Counted from the stretch's first letter, positions 1-10,525 are shown. The stretch is DNA of 64,000 nt from Candidatus Omnitrophota bacterium (GCA_043814965.1 JBDRJN010000005.1:4858-68857), one strand, 5' to 3'. Made by a program: numbers and translations. The notes: generated by a model from the letters alone, not told the origin.

Positions 1-155
1 AAGTTTTTTGCAAAGACTCTCCGAAGGTAAAGTGTCCATTTCTAAACAAAGAAAAAACACATAGACAGAAACATTTTTTTCTTTAAGATACCCTGACAAA
101 CTCCTTATGCCATGAGATGCGATAGATAAATAAGGCGAGATCAGAGCTATTTTCA

Positions 156-1997
156 TTATATATATCCTTTAAACCAATAATAAACTATACCAAGATACTC
201 GTGAATAATAGCACTTATCTGTTGTAGTTTGACCCCGCATGTCCTATCATAAAACTGGGGATTTTTTACTGGCGTATAAATAACCTTGAGGCCTTTAGCA
301 TATACATTAAACACCAAAGACACTCTACGCATATTATAAGGTGAAGAAACTACCAATATTGAATCCCATTTGTTTCTCTCGATAATATCTTTTGAAAATT
401 TAACATTTTCATATGTAGAATTTGCTTTTTGCTCCAAAATAATATCTTTAGCAGAGACTCCTATAGATACAGCAAAAAGCCGCATGTTCTCGGCATCGTT
501 GTATCTATAGGTATACCCTGATGAAAAGATTATTTTATCTGCATATCCTTTTTTATATAACTCTGTAGCATATCTTGCTCTCTCTATAGTGCTTTTACCA
601 GGATTCCCTGTCTCGCCTACGCCGCCGCCAAACACTACTATCGCATCTGCTTGTTTAGGGGTTTGTTCTATTTTCAACGGTTCAGCCAAGAACCAAATAG
701 CTGTTGTCTTAAATAACAAGAAATATACAAAAAAGCAAGTCAGCGCTATCTTGAGGAACTTCCTTCCGGCCTGCTTATAAAACAGCAGGAAGTTCTCTTT
801 CCACTTTGATTCATTGTTTTCCTTCTTCTTTTCTATGGCTTCCTCTATGATCTTGCTCATTTTTTCTATGCGATTTTCCCAATTATTTTCTTTCGCGATC
901 TCGATACGCCTATTCTTTAAGGATATTTCTTTTTCTTCAAAAGCTTTGGATATCAGATCTTGAAATTCTTCTTTATCATTAGCAATATAAACAATATCTC
1001 CGTACTGCTCATTAAAAAAAGTTATTTCTGGTAATTTTGTAGAAACCACGGGCTTTCCCATTATTAGATATTCATTTAATTTTGTCGGATAAACAGTTTT
1101 TGTATATTCGTTTAAAATATATGGTATTATACATACATCAAAAAATTTTATATATGCTGGCAGTTCTTTGTGCTCTTTCATGTCTAAAAATATAATATTC
1201 TCTATCTTTTTAAAATATAAGGCATTATCCTGTATCGGTCCTATAAAAACAAAAGTCCAGCTAGGATTATTCTCTGCTAAAAATCTTATTAATCCAAAAT
1301 CTATATGCTTATGTACACCACCTATATATCCTATGATCTTTCCTTTAATGCAAACTATATCGTTAGGTCTTTTATTTGGATATCTATAATCATTAAAATT
1401 ATCTACATTAACTCCAAATGGGAAAATTGATACATTTTTATTATATTTCTCGCAGTGTTTTTTTATCTCTAGTCCTTGAGCAAATACAATATCAGATTTT
1501 TCTATGATATTCCTTTCACTCTTCCTGATTTTTATAGGATTTTTTACAAGCCTTTCAAAATCTGCAATACAATAATATACTGTTAATTTATTATAAATAT
1601 TGCTCAATAGATCGAAAGCTAAGGTAGTAGGTAAAAACGTCCATATAATAGGGTCTCTAAAGTCTACTGCTTTCATCCATTTATTAATAATAAACAAAAT
1701 AAAACGCCGATTAAACCAAGTTGCAATACGGGAATACGGAAAAGGCAGGACTATAGGAGAAAATATATAGAGATGTTCTTCTTCCTTTCTAATACCCTTC
1801 ACACCCTTAAGCCAGTTTTTTATCCTATGTTTGATGCGAGAGATATCTTTTATTCCCGGCGAACGCACTCCTGTATTCTCTATAAAAAGCACACGATTGC
1901 CGTTTTTGGCAAAAGTGGACATTATCTCCTGGTGCCCCTGCCATAAAAAATCCCAGTCTATGCTAGATATGCAGATTATATTTTGATTTTTAAGCAT
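156..1997 (-). CDS. Fusion protein: N-terminal GT-B-like glycosyltransferase domain, coiled-coil linker, transmembrane segment, and C-terminal DUF218 (YdcF/ElyC/SanA-like) domain
   Basis: The N-terminus 'IICISSIDWDFLWQGHQEIM...NGNRVLFIE' resembles the GT4-like N-terminal fold. A Lys/Glu-rich linker and a hydrophobic segment 'LKIALTCFFVYFLLF' follow. The C-terminus 'ADAIVVFGGGVGETGNPGKS...KIIFSSGYTYR...SKDIIERNKWDSILVVSSPYNMRR' matches the DUF218 signature. Confidence 0.55.
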   Translation of the reverse strand: MLKNQNIICISSIDWDFLWQGHQEIMSTFAKNGNRVLFIENTGVRSPGIKDISRIKHRIKNWLKGVKGIRKEEEHLYIFSPIVLPFPYSRIATWFNRRFILFIINKWMKAVDFRDPIIWTFLPTTLAFDLLSNIYNKLTVYYCIADFERLVKNPIKIRKSERNIIEKSDIVFAQGLEIKKHCEKYNKNVSIFPFGVNVDNFNDYRYPNKRPNDIVCIKGKIIGYIGGVHKHIDFGLIRFLAENNPSWTFVFIGPIQDNALYFKKIENIIFLDMKEHKELPAYIKFFDVCIIPYILNEYTKTVYPTKLNEYLIMGKPVVSTKLPEITFFNEQYGDIVYIANDKEEFQDLISKAFEEKEISLKNRRIEIAKENNWENRIEKMSKIIEEAIEKKKENNESKWKENFLLFYKQAGRKFLKIALTCFFVYFLLFKTTAIWFLAEPLKIEQTPKQADAIVVFGGGVGETGNPGKSTIERARYATELYKKGYADKIIFSSGYTYRYNDAENMRLFAVSIGVSAKDIILEQKANSTYENVKFSKDIIERNKWDSILVVSSPYNMRRVSLVFNVYAKGLKVIYTPVKNPQFYDRTCGVKLQQISAIIHEYLGIVYYWFKGYI

Positions 1998-2001
1998 ACA
2001 A

Positions 2002-3156
2002 TTATAAACTGACTCCTGAATAAATATTTACTATGCCCTGTATCATATTTTCATGACTAAATCTCATCATCAGCCTTTCTTTTCCTCTCGTAGCCAAAGA
2101 CTTGGCGTATCCATCATTTCTTAAAAGGGACAACATGGCTTCTTTTAGCTGTCCAACATTATAAGGAGCTACCAGTAATGCATTTTCCTTATCTGTCAAT
2201 ATCTCTCTAACGCCTCCTACATTAGTAGCTACGATAGGCGTTTCACACCACATGGCTTCAATTAATGTCAGAGGAAAACCTTCTGACAAAGATGGCAAAA
2301 CAAATAGATCCGAACCTTTCAATAAATCTTTGACTTCAAAATCCACATCTAAAAAAAGTAGTTTCTCTTGGATATCTAGTCTTTCCACTTCTTTTTTAAT
2401 ATATTTTTTTTGTTCGCCATGGCCTTTAAAAATAAAGACTACATTATCTATTTCATCAAGTAACTCCTTAATAGCCCTTAATAAATATATATATCCTTTT
2501 ATATGGTAAAAATTTGACACAACCGAGACGATCTTTATATCTTCTTTAAGCCCAAAACGTTCTCTGATATTTGACTCTGAAAAAATCGGATATTTAAAAT
2601 CTTCAATATGATATACAGTATAAATTTTATCTGACAGTACTTTTATCCCCTTTCTAGATATAAGATCTTCCTTGACAGCAACAGATACTACTATAACTTT
2701 GTCAAATAACATATAAATAGACCTATAAAAATACGAAAGTATCTTTTTTTTAAATCTTTTTATACCTTTATAATCCAATGGAGCAAAATAATATCCATGT
2801 ATTGTTGTAAAAAGTTTTTTGATGCCAGATAATCTAGCAGAAATTCCTGCAATAAAATCAGTTACAAACATATGTGTATGAATAATGTCTGGTTTTATCT
2901 CTCTTATTACCTTCATTATTAGAAACAGGCTTTTAAGATTAAAGATTCTATCTTGATCTATGCTGAAGACTTTTTCTGAACAAGCCTCAAACTTTCTTTT
3001 CATAATGCCATCTCCATGACAAATAATATAGATCTTATAGTCTCTTTCCTTTAAAGCAGTTGCCAAAAAACATAAAGCACTTTCAGCTCCTCCTATTTCA
3101 GAAGAACCTATAATATAAAGTATCTTTTTTATACTAATACGGCTATTGAGCTGCAT
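2002..3156 (-). CDS. Glycosyltransferase family 4 (GT-B, retaining)
   Basis: N-terminal 'IIGSSEIGGAESALCFLATAL' and C-terminal 'PSLSEGFPLTLIEAMWCETPIVATNVGGVREIL' (E-x7-E motif). Confidence 0.8.
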   Translation of the reverse strand: MQLNSRISIKKILYIIGSSEIGGAESALCFLATALKERDYKIYIICHGDGIMKRKFEACSEKVFSIDQDRIFNLKSLFLIMKVIREIKPDIIHTHMFVTDFIAGISARLSGIKKLFTTIHGYYFAPLDYKGIKRFKKKILSYFYRSIYMLFDKVIVVSVAVKEDLISRKGIKVLSDKIYTVYHIEDFKYPIFSESNIRERFGLKEDIKIVSVVSNFYHIKGYIYLLRAIKELLDEIDNVVFIFKGHGEQKKYIKKEVERLDIQEKLLFLDVDFEVKDLLKGSDLFVLPSLSEGFPLTLIEAMWCETPIVATNVGGVREILTDKENALLVAPYNVGQLKEAMLSLLRNDGYAKSLATRGKERLMMRFSHENMIQGIVNIYSGVSL

Positions 3157-3870
3157 TTACTTTTTTCCTATAACAATCAACTCTCTTGAGAGAACTCTAG
3201 GTCTATCTGTACCTCTTTCAATATAGTATATAAATCCTAATAGCTTGTACCATAACTTATTCAACATCCACCATAATATTCTTTTGGGCCGAAATTTTAA
3301 CCTTATTCTATCACCACGAACCATAATATCTCTAAAACCTGCTATACGCATCACCTCATACGCGCTTCTTTCAGTAAAACCTACCTCATGAGTGAAATCA
3401 ATATATCTTTGAAACAAACCGGATATACATGCCGTATTGGGAGTAGCATAAATAAATACGCCCTTATTCTTTAGAGAATAGTAAATTGTACGTAGACTGG
3501 GCAATAATTCACTTTTCAAAAGATGTTCTATTACATGATTCATTACAATAATATCATATTGCTCTTTCTTGCCTGATAAAAACTCAGATATTGAAGATAT
3601 TAAGCATCCTTTTATATCCATTTTTTTTAAAAAATCTATTTGTGCCTCACCTATATCTACTCCCTCCAGGTTACAATAGCCTTTTAACTTAAGATAATGT
3701 AAGAATTGTCCTGCACCACAGCCTATTTCTAATATTTTTGCGTTTTTATTGGCAGGCCAAAGATCTGAAAAGTTATCTTCATAGGCCTCTTGATTGCCTC
3801 TATGTATCTTTAAGTGATCAGAATCTTTATCTCCGAAATAGTCCTTAAAAAAATCTTTACTATAAGTCAT
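3157..3870 (-). CDS. Class I SAM-dependent methyltransferase
   Basis: Motif I 'ILEIGCGAGQFLHYL', followed by 'GVDIGEAQIDF' and 'DIIVMNHVIEHL'. Confidence 0.7.
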   Translation of the reverse strand: MTYSKDFFKDYFGDKDSDHLKIHRGNQEAYEDNFSDLWPANKNAKILEIGCGAGQFLHYLKLKGYCNLEGVDIGEAQIDFLKKMDIKGCLISSISEFLSGKKEQYDIIVMNHVIEHLLKSELLPSLRTIYYSLKNKGVFIYATPNTACISGLFQRYIDFTHEVGFTERSAYEVMRIAGFRDIMVRGDRIRLKFRPKRILWWMLNKLWYKLLGFIYYIERGTDRPRVLSRELIVIGKK

Positions 3871-4934
3871 TTTTTAAACTCCTTTATAATATTCAGAAAT
3901 TTTTCAAAGTTTACTTCTAGAGAATATTTTTCTTCTATTGTCTTTCTACCATTGATCCCAATTCTTTGCCTTAGACCAGGATCTTCGATCAAGCTAGAGA
4001 TAGCCCTGATCCACTCTTCGTCAGAATCAGCCAAGAACCCATTTACCTCATGCTGTATTATTTCCTTGGTCATGCCTACCGAAGAAGCTACCACAGGTAT
4101 TCCTGCAGACATATACTGGATTGCCTTAAAAGCTGCCTTACCCTTAGTCCATGGAATATCCGGCAAAGGATAGATTCCTATGTCTATGCTTTGAAAATCC
4201 TGAAGCTCCCTTTCTAATTCCCAGCTATAATTTATAACTTTTACTCCAGGAATCGAGATCTCCTCGCCAGCGCCAACGATCTTCAAGACAAAATCATAAG
4301 CCTTGCTTAATTCTCGCATAACTTTAAAGACAAGTCTCAGGTAAGATGCTGTTGTAGGGGAACCAACCCAACCTATGGTTAATTGACCGCTATCTTTTTT
4401 AATCACTCCAAAGCGTTTAGTATCGATTGGGGTAGGGATTATATCCACGGAAGGATTAAATCTAACAGCATATTCCTCCAAATATTGATTTGCCACAATA
4501 ATACGCGATGCCATTTTAATGATATTTTTAGTTTTGGATGGGAATTTAAAAAATCTATATATACTATTTGCTGGATTAAAATTTTGTAAAAAAATAGCAT
4601 CATCAAAATCAAATATAATAGGCTTTTTGAGTTTATATATAAGCCACTCAAAAACTGATGGCCCAAAAGGACAGCTTTCTCTGTGGATAAATACTAGATC
4701 ATACTTGTAAAGCCTTATGATATCAATAATTCTTGAAAAAAAAGCCTGTACAAAATAAAGCATCTTTGTAAAATATTTACCTTTAAGATAAAGTATCTTA
4801 TAAAACTTTTTGAATACAAAAGGCCTGACATCAAAATCAATATCTTCTTTTCGTAAATAGGGTAGGTACTGCTCTACTCTATACCTATTACTTGCGCCTT
4901 CAGATGAATACGGGACAATAAACAATATCTTCAT
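3867..4934 (-). CDS. Glycosyltransferase family 1 / GT-B
   Basis: C-terminal 'GKAAFKAIQYMSAGIPVVASSVGMTKEIIQHEVNGFL'. Start overlaps the upstream stop by 4 nt, suggesting translational coupling. Confidence 0.7.
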   Translation of the reverse strand: MKILFIVPYSSEGASNRYRVEQYLPYLRKEDIDFDVRPFVFKKFYKILYLKGKYFTKMLYFVQAFFSRIIDIIRLYKYDLVFIHRESCPFGPSVFEWLIYKLKKPIIFDFDDAIFLQNFNPANSIYRFFKFPSKTKNIIKMASRIIVANQYLEEYAVRFNPSVDIIPTPIDTKRFGVIKKDSGQLTIGWVGSPTTASYLRLVFKVMRELSKAYDFVLKIVGAGEEISIPGVKVINYSWELERELQDFQSIDIGIYPLPDIPWTKGKAAFKAIQYMSAGIPVVASSVGMTKEIIQHEVNGFLADSDEEWIRAISSLIEDPGLRQRIGINGRKTIEEKYSLEVNFEKFLNIIKEFKK

Positions 4935-6151
4935 AAAATAAGTCTTTTATAAACACCATAATACTGTTCAACACCGCGCTCTAAGGAAAAATCTCTTTCT
5001 GCAACATCCAAGCATCTTTTTTTAAGAGCCTCTCCTTCTTCTATCAACCTCAGCAAATTTTCAACACCTTTCACATACTCAGCATTATTAAAATCTTTAA
5101 TAACAACCCCTACACGATCACTGATAACTACTTCTTCTGTATCTCCAATATTAGAATTTATTATTACAGGGAGGCCGCAGGCAAGATATTCTGCGAATTT
5201 GGTGGGACTCGATGCGCTTTTTGAAAAAACAGGCTTTATAAAAAATATACCAACATCTGCAAGCTTAATATGATCTGATATATCTTTAAACTCTACTTTA
5301 TCTATTGTGATATCATCTCCCGAAATACCCCTTTTCTTACATAAATCATTGACTATTTGTAGATCTCCATGCGTTAATACTAAAAAATGCACATTACTAA
5401 TTATCCCTTTTGCAATACGAAAAAGATCCAGCATCTCATCGAGTAAATACCATGTGCCAATTGAGCCGACATATAAAAAAACAAACTTACCAGATAAATT
5501 ATATTTTTTCCTTAATCCTTCAGTTAGTTTACTACTTTTATTGAACCCCAACACATCAACACAACAAGGTATTATATCGATGTTTTTATTTTTATTTATC
5601 AAAACTTTTTTTATCTTCTTGGTAAGGACTATTAACTCATCAGCACTTTTCAAAAATATTTTTTCAAAATAAAAAACTAACCTATAAGAAAAACTGTCTC
5701 TTTTCCATATGCCTCCATCAACATATTCATCAGCCATTAGCCCTCTTACATCAAAAATAAACTTCTTACGAGTAACCCTTGATATCGCATATCCGATCGC
5801 TGCTGAAACAGTTCCACGCGCATGTATAATATCTATCCTTTTTGAGACACAAAGATATAAACCTACTATCACCCCGATAAGCATATCAAATAAAGTGGCA
5901 GGCAATGAAGGCCATTTATGGTACCTAAGAAAATACCATCTTATGCCATGGCTTTCTAATTCCTTTTGCAGTTTGCCTATATTCTTTCTGGTATATATTT
6001 CTTTCTGCTCAGGCTTTTCAAATGTCAAAAGAAAAGGCTTTATTCCCTTTTTAGATAGTCCCTTTAAATAGGAAATCCCTTGAGATTGCAATAAGGGTTC
6101 TAGAGCTCCGTTATAAGAGATAAACAAACTTTTTATATTCATTTTATTCAT
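4931..6151 (-). CDS. Glycosyltransferase family 1 / GT-B
   Basis: 'SPTKFAEYLACGLPVIINSNIGDTEEVV' is a GT-B C-terminal nucleotide-sugar binding motif. Confidence 0.7.
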   Translation of the reverse strand: MNKMNIKSLFISYNGALEPLLQSQGISYLKGLSKKGIKPFLLTFEKPEQKEIYTRKNIGKLQKELESHGIRWYFLRYHKWPSLPATLFDMLIGVIVGLYLCVSKRIDIIHARGTVSAAIGYAISRVTRKKFIFDVRGLMADEYVDGGIWKRDSFSYRLVFYFEKIFLKSADELIVLTKKIKKVLINKNKNIDIIPCCVDVLGFNKSSKLTEGLRKKYNLSGKFVFLYVGSIGTWYLLDEMLDLFRIAKGIISNVHFLVLTHGDLQIVNDLCKKRGISGDDITIDKVEFKDISDHIKLADVGIFFIKPVFSKSASSPTKFAEYLACGLPVIINSNIGDTEEVVISDRVGVVIKDFNNAEYVKGVENLLRLIEEGEALKKRCLDVAERDFSLERGVEQYYGVYKRLIL

Positions 6152-7487
6152 GCGCTGTGATCCGAAAATTATATTTATCCAAGCCTATCGCTATAAATAT
6201 AAAACAAAATGGCAATATCATAGCTCTATGCCTAAAGAGAGTCCCTATATTAGAATCTATCAAAGCTAAAATAGCGCTCGTAATAGATATGTATATTATT
6301 ATAAAAGCCCCCTGTTTAAATCTATTCTTTAAAATAAATCTTATTCCGTAGATCATGCTGGGTATACAACAATAAAATATTATCATTTCCGGCATAGCGA
6401 TTATTTGACTAAAACTCCCCAATTGCCACGGAAATGGTGCCAGCCATGCTGCTATTAATGCTATAGGCAAAAATATTATAAATATAGGTATGCTTGTTAT
6501 ATCCCAATCAGCTAAAAATGCCAGATTACCATAAGATCTGTAGGACCTCATCCTTTGCATCCATTCTAAAAGGGATTCGTATTCAAAGATCTTAGGAAGC
6601 GATGACTTAAATTTCTGTAAATAAAAAAAAGCTACGATAAGACCTATAAATATTATCAAAAAATACATCTCTTTCCTGATAGACAGACTAAATAATATAC
6701 TAAATAACAATGATACCAGAATAGCAAAAAGCGCAATTTCACGAAATTCTTTTAAAACCACCATTAAGCCAATAATCGAAAACAATAGATAAAATCTAAA
6801 TCTTCTTGTCAGGTTCAAAGCTATCCACATTAGAAAACATATTAAAAAAACTACGATCGGCTCTTTATAATTCTGGATTGACCACAAAAAAGTTGACGGC
6901 CAAAAACTAGTTAAAATAGCCGCTAACATAGCAGCTTTTCTATTAGAAAGCTGTTCCGTCATCTTGTAGGTCATTATAGCTACCAATGAACCTGCCAAGC
7001 AGTTGATAAACACTAAAGAAAGAGGACTTTTTCCTGTAAAAGAATAAATTCTGGCATTATAAAAATCATGATTACCAAGAGTCCCAGTATTACTTATTTT
7101 CAGCATATTTTTAGTAACTATACTCACATTTGTAATACCAGCTTTCCACATCTTGACTATCTCGTAACCATTTTCGCTATAAGCCCATCCATCTCCTAAA
7201 AGCCCACCCGTGCCTTTATACAGAAAGACGAGATTATACAAACATAAAGAGACTAAGATCCTTAATAAAAATGCTACTATGAATAAAGTTAAAAGAAAAT
7301 TAAAGTTTTTATAGTCTGAGTTTAAAAAAATTAAAAACATACCTATCGATAATCCCAAACATATGATGACAAAAGGAGACGTTGCTTCTAACGGCAAAAA
7401 ACTTATCAGAAAAGCTATCACAACCCCTGTTATTATTGATGTTTTGTCTCTTTTAAAAAAATCTGAGGTTAAAGGCTTTATCAACAA
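6144..7487 (-). CDS. Polytopic integral membrane protein; candidate polymerase/ligase-type or GT-C-type membrane glycosyltransferase
   Basis: More than 10 predicted hydrophobic helices across 447 aa, with a central soluble loop 'YKGTGGLLGDGWAYSENGYEIV'. No soluble enzyme motifs are visible. Confidence 0.4.
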   Translation of the reverse strand: MLIKPLTSDFFKRDKTSIITGVVIAFLISFLPLEATSPFVIICLGLSIGMFLIFLNSDYKNFNFLLTLFIVAFLLRILVSLCLYNLVFLYKGTGGLLGDGWAYSENGYEIVKMWKAGITNVSIVTKNMLKISNTGTLGNHDFYNARIYSFTGKSPLSLVFINCLAGSLVAIMTYKMTEQLSNRKAAMLAAILTSFWPSTFLWSIQNYKEPIVVFLICFLMWIALNLTRRFRFYLLFSIIGLMVVLKEFREIALFAILVSLLFSILFSLSIRKEMYFLIIFIGLIVAFFYLQKFKSSLPKIFEYESLLEWMQRMRSYRSYGNLAFLADWDITSIPIFIIFLPIALIAAWLAPFPWQLGSFSQIIAMPEMIIFYCCIPSMIYGIRFILKNRFKQGAFIIIYISITSAILALIDSNIGTLFRHRAMILPFCFIFIAIGLDKYNFRITAHE

Positions 7488-7996
7488 ACTCTTATCTCCA
7501 TTGGTATAAAATGTTCCGATGATAAGGACATTTCAATATGATTATCACGTTTTGCCTTCACTATAAATCCATTCTTTAGATAAAACTTCTTAGCTATGAT
7601 ATTTGAATCCACGACTTTAACGGTTATCTGATTTGTGTAGTTGTTGATTATATACATACAAAGGGCCTTTATGGCCTGTGACATCAATCCTTTATTTTTG
7701 TAATCTATTTTTCCTAAAATTACATTGTAAATATCAGCTATATCGCCTAGCAATCTAAAACCAATGCACCCGACACCTAAAGAATCATATTCAATAATAA
7801 ACATATGGTTATAAAGATCTTTCGTATAACCTAAAAACCACTTTCTTTGCTGTATGCTATCTATGGGATCTTGATGAAAAAATGCTTTACAATTTTCGTT
7901 TTTCCATGTCCTAAGATTTTCTATATCATCGATATTAATACTTCTTAGAACAAGACTTGATATTTTATCTGTATAAATTTTTAAATTTTTATTCAT
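7481..7996 (-). CDS. GNAT-family N-acetyltransferase (WecD-like, probably amino-sugar N-acetylation)
   Basis: 171 aa. The acetyl-CoA motif region 'ILGKIDYKNKGLMSQAIKAL...KFYLKNGF' is present. It sits immediately downstream of a DegT aminotransferase. Confidence 0.55.
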   Translation of the reverse strand: MNKNLKIYTDKISSLVLRSINIDDIENLRTWKNENCKAFFHQDPIDSIQQRKWFLGYTKDLYNHMFIIEYDSLGVGCIGFRLLGDIADIYNVILGKIDYKNKGLMSQAIKALCMYIINNYTNQITVKVVDSNIIAKKFYLKNGFIVKAKRDNHIEMSLSSEHFIPMEIRVC

Positions 7997-9408
7997 AATA
8001 TATCAAAGGCGAGTTTTTTTAATTTAAGATCGAGCTTGTCAGCTGCTTCATAGCCCATTTTTATCGCAATATGGGAATTTACATACTGAAATTTACCTTG
8101 CCTGCCTGCTACAGTCAAGTTCTCTATAGAATCTACTGCATTAAATAACTTTTCTAATATATTTTCAAATCCCAATTCGTATATAGGATATGCATGTTCG
8201 GTCTTGAAGACATGCGCTTCCTTTACGATCTCCATAGATATAAACCCTTCCCTGACAAGGTCATCCAGTACAGATCTTTTGCTAAATTCATCATCTTTCC
8301 AAAAACGATCATCAGTACCACAAGAGATCTCAGCCACCAGTAATGTATGGCCTTTTGGTTCCACATCAAAACCAAAATATGATGAATCAGTGATCCTATT
8401 AAAAGAATGTTCGCGAAAATACAAAAAAGATGCTGGTAAAACTTTTTCTTTTTTTATTAAAAAGCCTACAAAAACAAGTGCCCTAAACCTTAATCTTTCT
8501 GCGTTTTGGATGATATCAGCTGAAAAATACGGATTTATCATCCTGACCAACTCATTAATGGGGGCTGTACTTATCACACCATCACAATCAAACCTCTCAA
8601 GATCCTGACCGCTGACTATGTGGGTAATAAGGTTATTTTGGCGATTAACTCCTAACACTTTTTTATTCAAAAAGATATGGCCTCTTTTTCTTTCTATCTC
8701 TTCCTTGATCTTTTCAATGATCCCAAAAAACCCTTTTCTTGTTGTGTAGAGGTTGCCTTCTACTTTTTCCACATAATTGGACGTGTTTACTCTTCTTTTT
8801 AATAATATATCTAACTTTTCAATTAATTTAAAAAGCCAGCTTAAGACAGCAAGCTGAGGTATCCTTTGTTTCGCAAATTTTGGTGAAAACTTAGAAGGAG
8901 GAATACCCCATACATGTGTTATGTAAGATTTAAAAAATAACTCATAGAGCGTCTTCCCGTATGAACGCAGTAACACTGTTTCGGAAGTCTCAGGATTATG
9001 TCTTATAATACTTCCTTTTATAAAATAAAAAATAAAACTAAAAAAGGCCCTTAATATTGTAAGAGGAGGTAATTTCTTTATAACATCTGTAGTGGATAGT
9101 GGAAAATTAAAATATCTGCCTAGAAATTTAATAAGAATGGTCCTCTCTATGCAAAACATATCATCTCCGGCAATACTCTTTATATCCGAAAGAATATCTT
9201 TATCTATTGTATGGAATATGTGCGGGCCATATTCATAGATATTCCCATTTAATTTAGCTCCTCCACAGATACCTCCCGCATCAGGTTCTTTCTCAAAAAT
9301 AGACACATCGTATCCTTTTTCTATCATATGCAAAGCAGCAGCCAAGCCTGCGCATCCTCCTCCTATAACAGCAATCTTCTTTTTCGAACTTACTATAGTT
9401 TTATCCAT
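7993..9408 (-). CDS. UDP-galactopyranose mutase family flavoenzyme (Glf-like nucleotide-sugar pyranose/furanose mutase)
   Basis: The FAD Rossmann fold 'KIAVIGGGCAGLAAALHM' is followed by 'YGPHIFHT', 'FFKSYITHVWGIPPSKF' and C-terminal 'AGRQGKFQYVN'. These match conserved UGM blocks (YGPHIFHT, FFKGYTxKQWG, GRLGxYRY). Confidence 0.65.
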   Translation of the reverse strand: MDKTIVSSKKKIAVIGGGCAGLAAALHMIEKGYDVSIFEKEPDAGGICGGAKLNGNIYEYGPHIFHTIDKDILSDIKSIAGDDMFCIERTILIKFLGRYFNFPLSTTDVIKKLPPLTILRAFFSFIFYFIKGSIIRHNPETSETVLLRSYGKTLYELFFKSYITHVWGIPPSKFSPKFAKQRIPQLAVLSWLFKLIEKLDILLKRRVNTSNYVEKVEGNLYTTRKGFFGIIEKIKEEIERKRGHIFLNKKVLGVNRQNNLITHIVSGQDLERFDCDGVISTAPINELVRMINPYFSADIIQNAERLRFRALVFVGFLIKKEKVLPASFLYFREHSFNRITDSSYFGFDVEPKGHTLLVAEISCGTDDRFWKDDEFSKRSVLDDLVREGFISMEIVKEAHVFKTEHAYPIYELGFENILEKLFNAVDSIENLTVAGRQGKFQYVNSHIAIKMGYEAADKLDLKLKKLAFDIL

Positions 9409-10525
9409 TAAAAGCCTTTATTTTTTCTATAACATAACTTACATCTATCTCGCTTAAAGAAGGATGTATTGGAATATTGAGAGCAATATCATTAAGCTTC
9501 TCGGAGTTTGGTAATTTAACTTTGGATCTATATATTGGATTTAAATGCAATGGATGAAATCTAAGCGTTGTATATATCCCATTTTCATAAAGATACTTTG
9601 CCAGCTTATCCCTTTTTTTATTCTTCAACCTGATACAATAAGTAAAATAAGAATGCTGCTCATTACTTTCCGGCCCTTTTGGTAGGTCTAACCAATCAAC
9701 CACGACAAGTTCCTTTTGATATCTTTCCCATATATTTTTTCTTATAGCCTGGTGAGTGTCTATCTTTTTCAACTGTGCTATACCCATAGAAGCGCTGATA
9801 TCATCAGGTATCAGTTTTGGGAAAAAATCAACTATATTATACTCCCACCATCTATCTTTTGAAGCAGACGATTCAAAACCTGACTTACCTATACCGCAAT
9901 ATCTCAAGATCCGTGCCTTATCCACTAACTCCTTTTTTTTAGCTGTAAGCCCTCCTGCTTCTCCTATGCTTAAATTCTTAACAGCATCAAAGCTATATAC
10001 CCCGATATCACCCATAGAACCACAATATTTATTACCTATCTTAGAATCAACTGCGTGAGCAGCATCCTCTATAATAGGTATCCCAAATTTAATGATCTCT
10101 TGCATTTTAACAGGTTTACCGGCATAGTGGACTACCATTATTGCTTTTGTTTTTTTGGTAATACACGGCTTTATGGTTTTAGCTGTTACGTTTTGCGTCT
10201 CGAGATCAACATCGCAAAATACAGGCCTGCATCCAGCCAACACTATTGCATGAGCGCAGGCGATCCATGTAAATGACGGGACAATGACCTCTGAACCCTT
10301 TGGCAATTCCAAAAGCTTTACAGCCATATATAGGCTATTAGACCCACTATTAAGCATTGTAAAGTCTGCTAGATTCAGCCTTGTCCTGAATTCATCTTCA
10401 AATCTTTTTGTCTTAGGGCCAATACCTATCCATTGGCTTTCAATACTAGTTTTGATCTCTTCTATCTCTTCCTTTCCTACATTTGAACCGAATACAGAAA
10501 TCATCTTATCCCCCTTCTTCACCAT
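9401..10525 (-). CDS. DegT/DnrJ/EryC1/StrS-family PLP-dependent sugar aminotransferase
   Basis: 'VFGSNVGKEEIEEIKTSIESQWIG' and 'GDIGVYSFDAVKNLSIGEAGGL' (the PLP lysine lies in 'AVKNLS'). Confidence 0.8.
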   Translation of the reverse strand: MVKKGDKMISVFGSNVGKEEIEEIKTSIESQWIGIGPKTKRFEDEFRTRLNLADFTMLNSGSNSLYMAVKLLELPKGSEVIVPSFTWIACAHAIVLAGCRPVFCDVDLETQNVTAKTIKPCITKKTKAIMVVHYAGKPVKMQEIIKFGIPIIEDAAHAVDSKIGNKYCGSMGDIGVYSFDAVKNLSIGEAGGLTAKKKELVDKARILRYCGIGKSGFESSASKDRWWEYNIVDFFPKLIPDDISASMGIAQLKKIDTHQAIRKNIWERYQKELVVVDWLDLPKGPESNEQHSYFTYCIRLKNKKRDKLAKYLYENGIYTTLRFHPLHLNPIYRSKVKLPNSEKLNDIALNIPIHPSLSEIDVSYVIEKIKAFNG

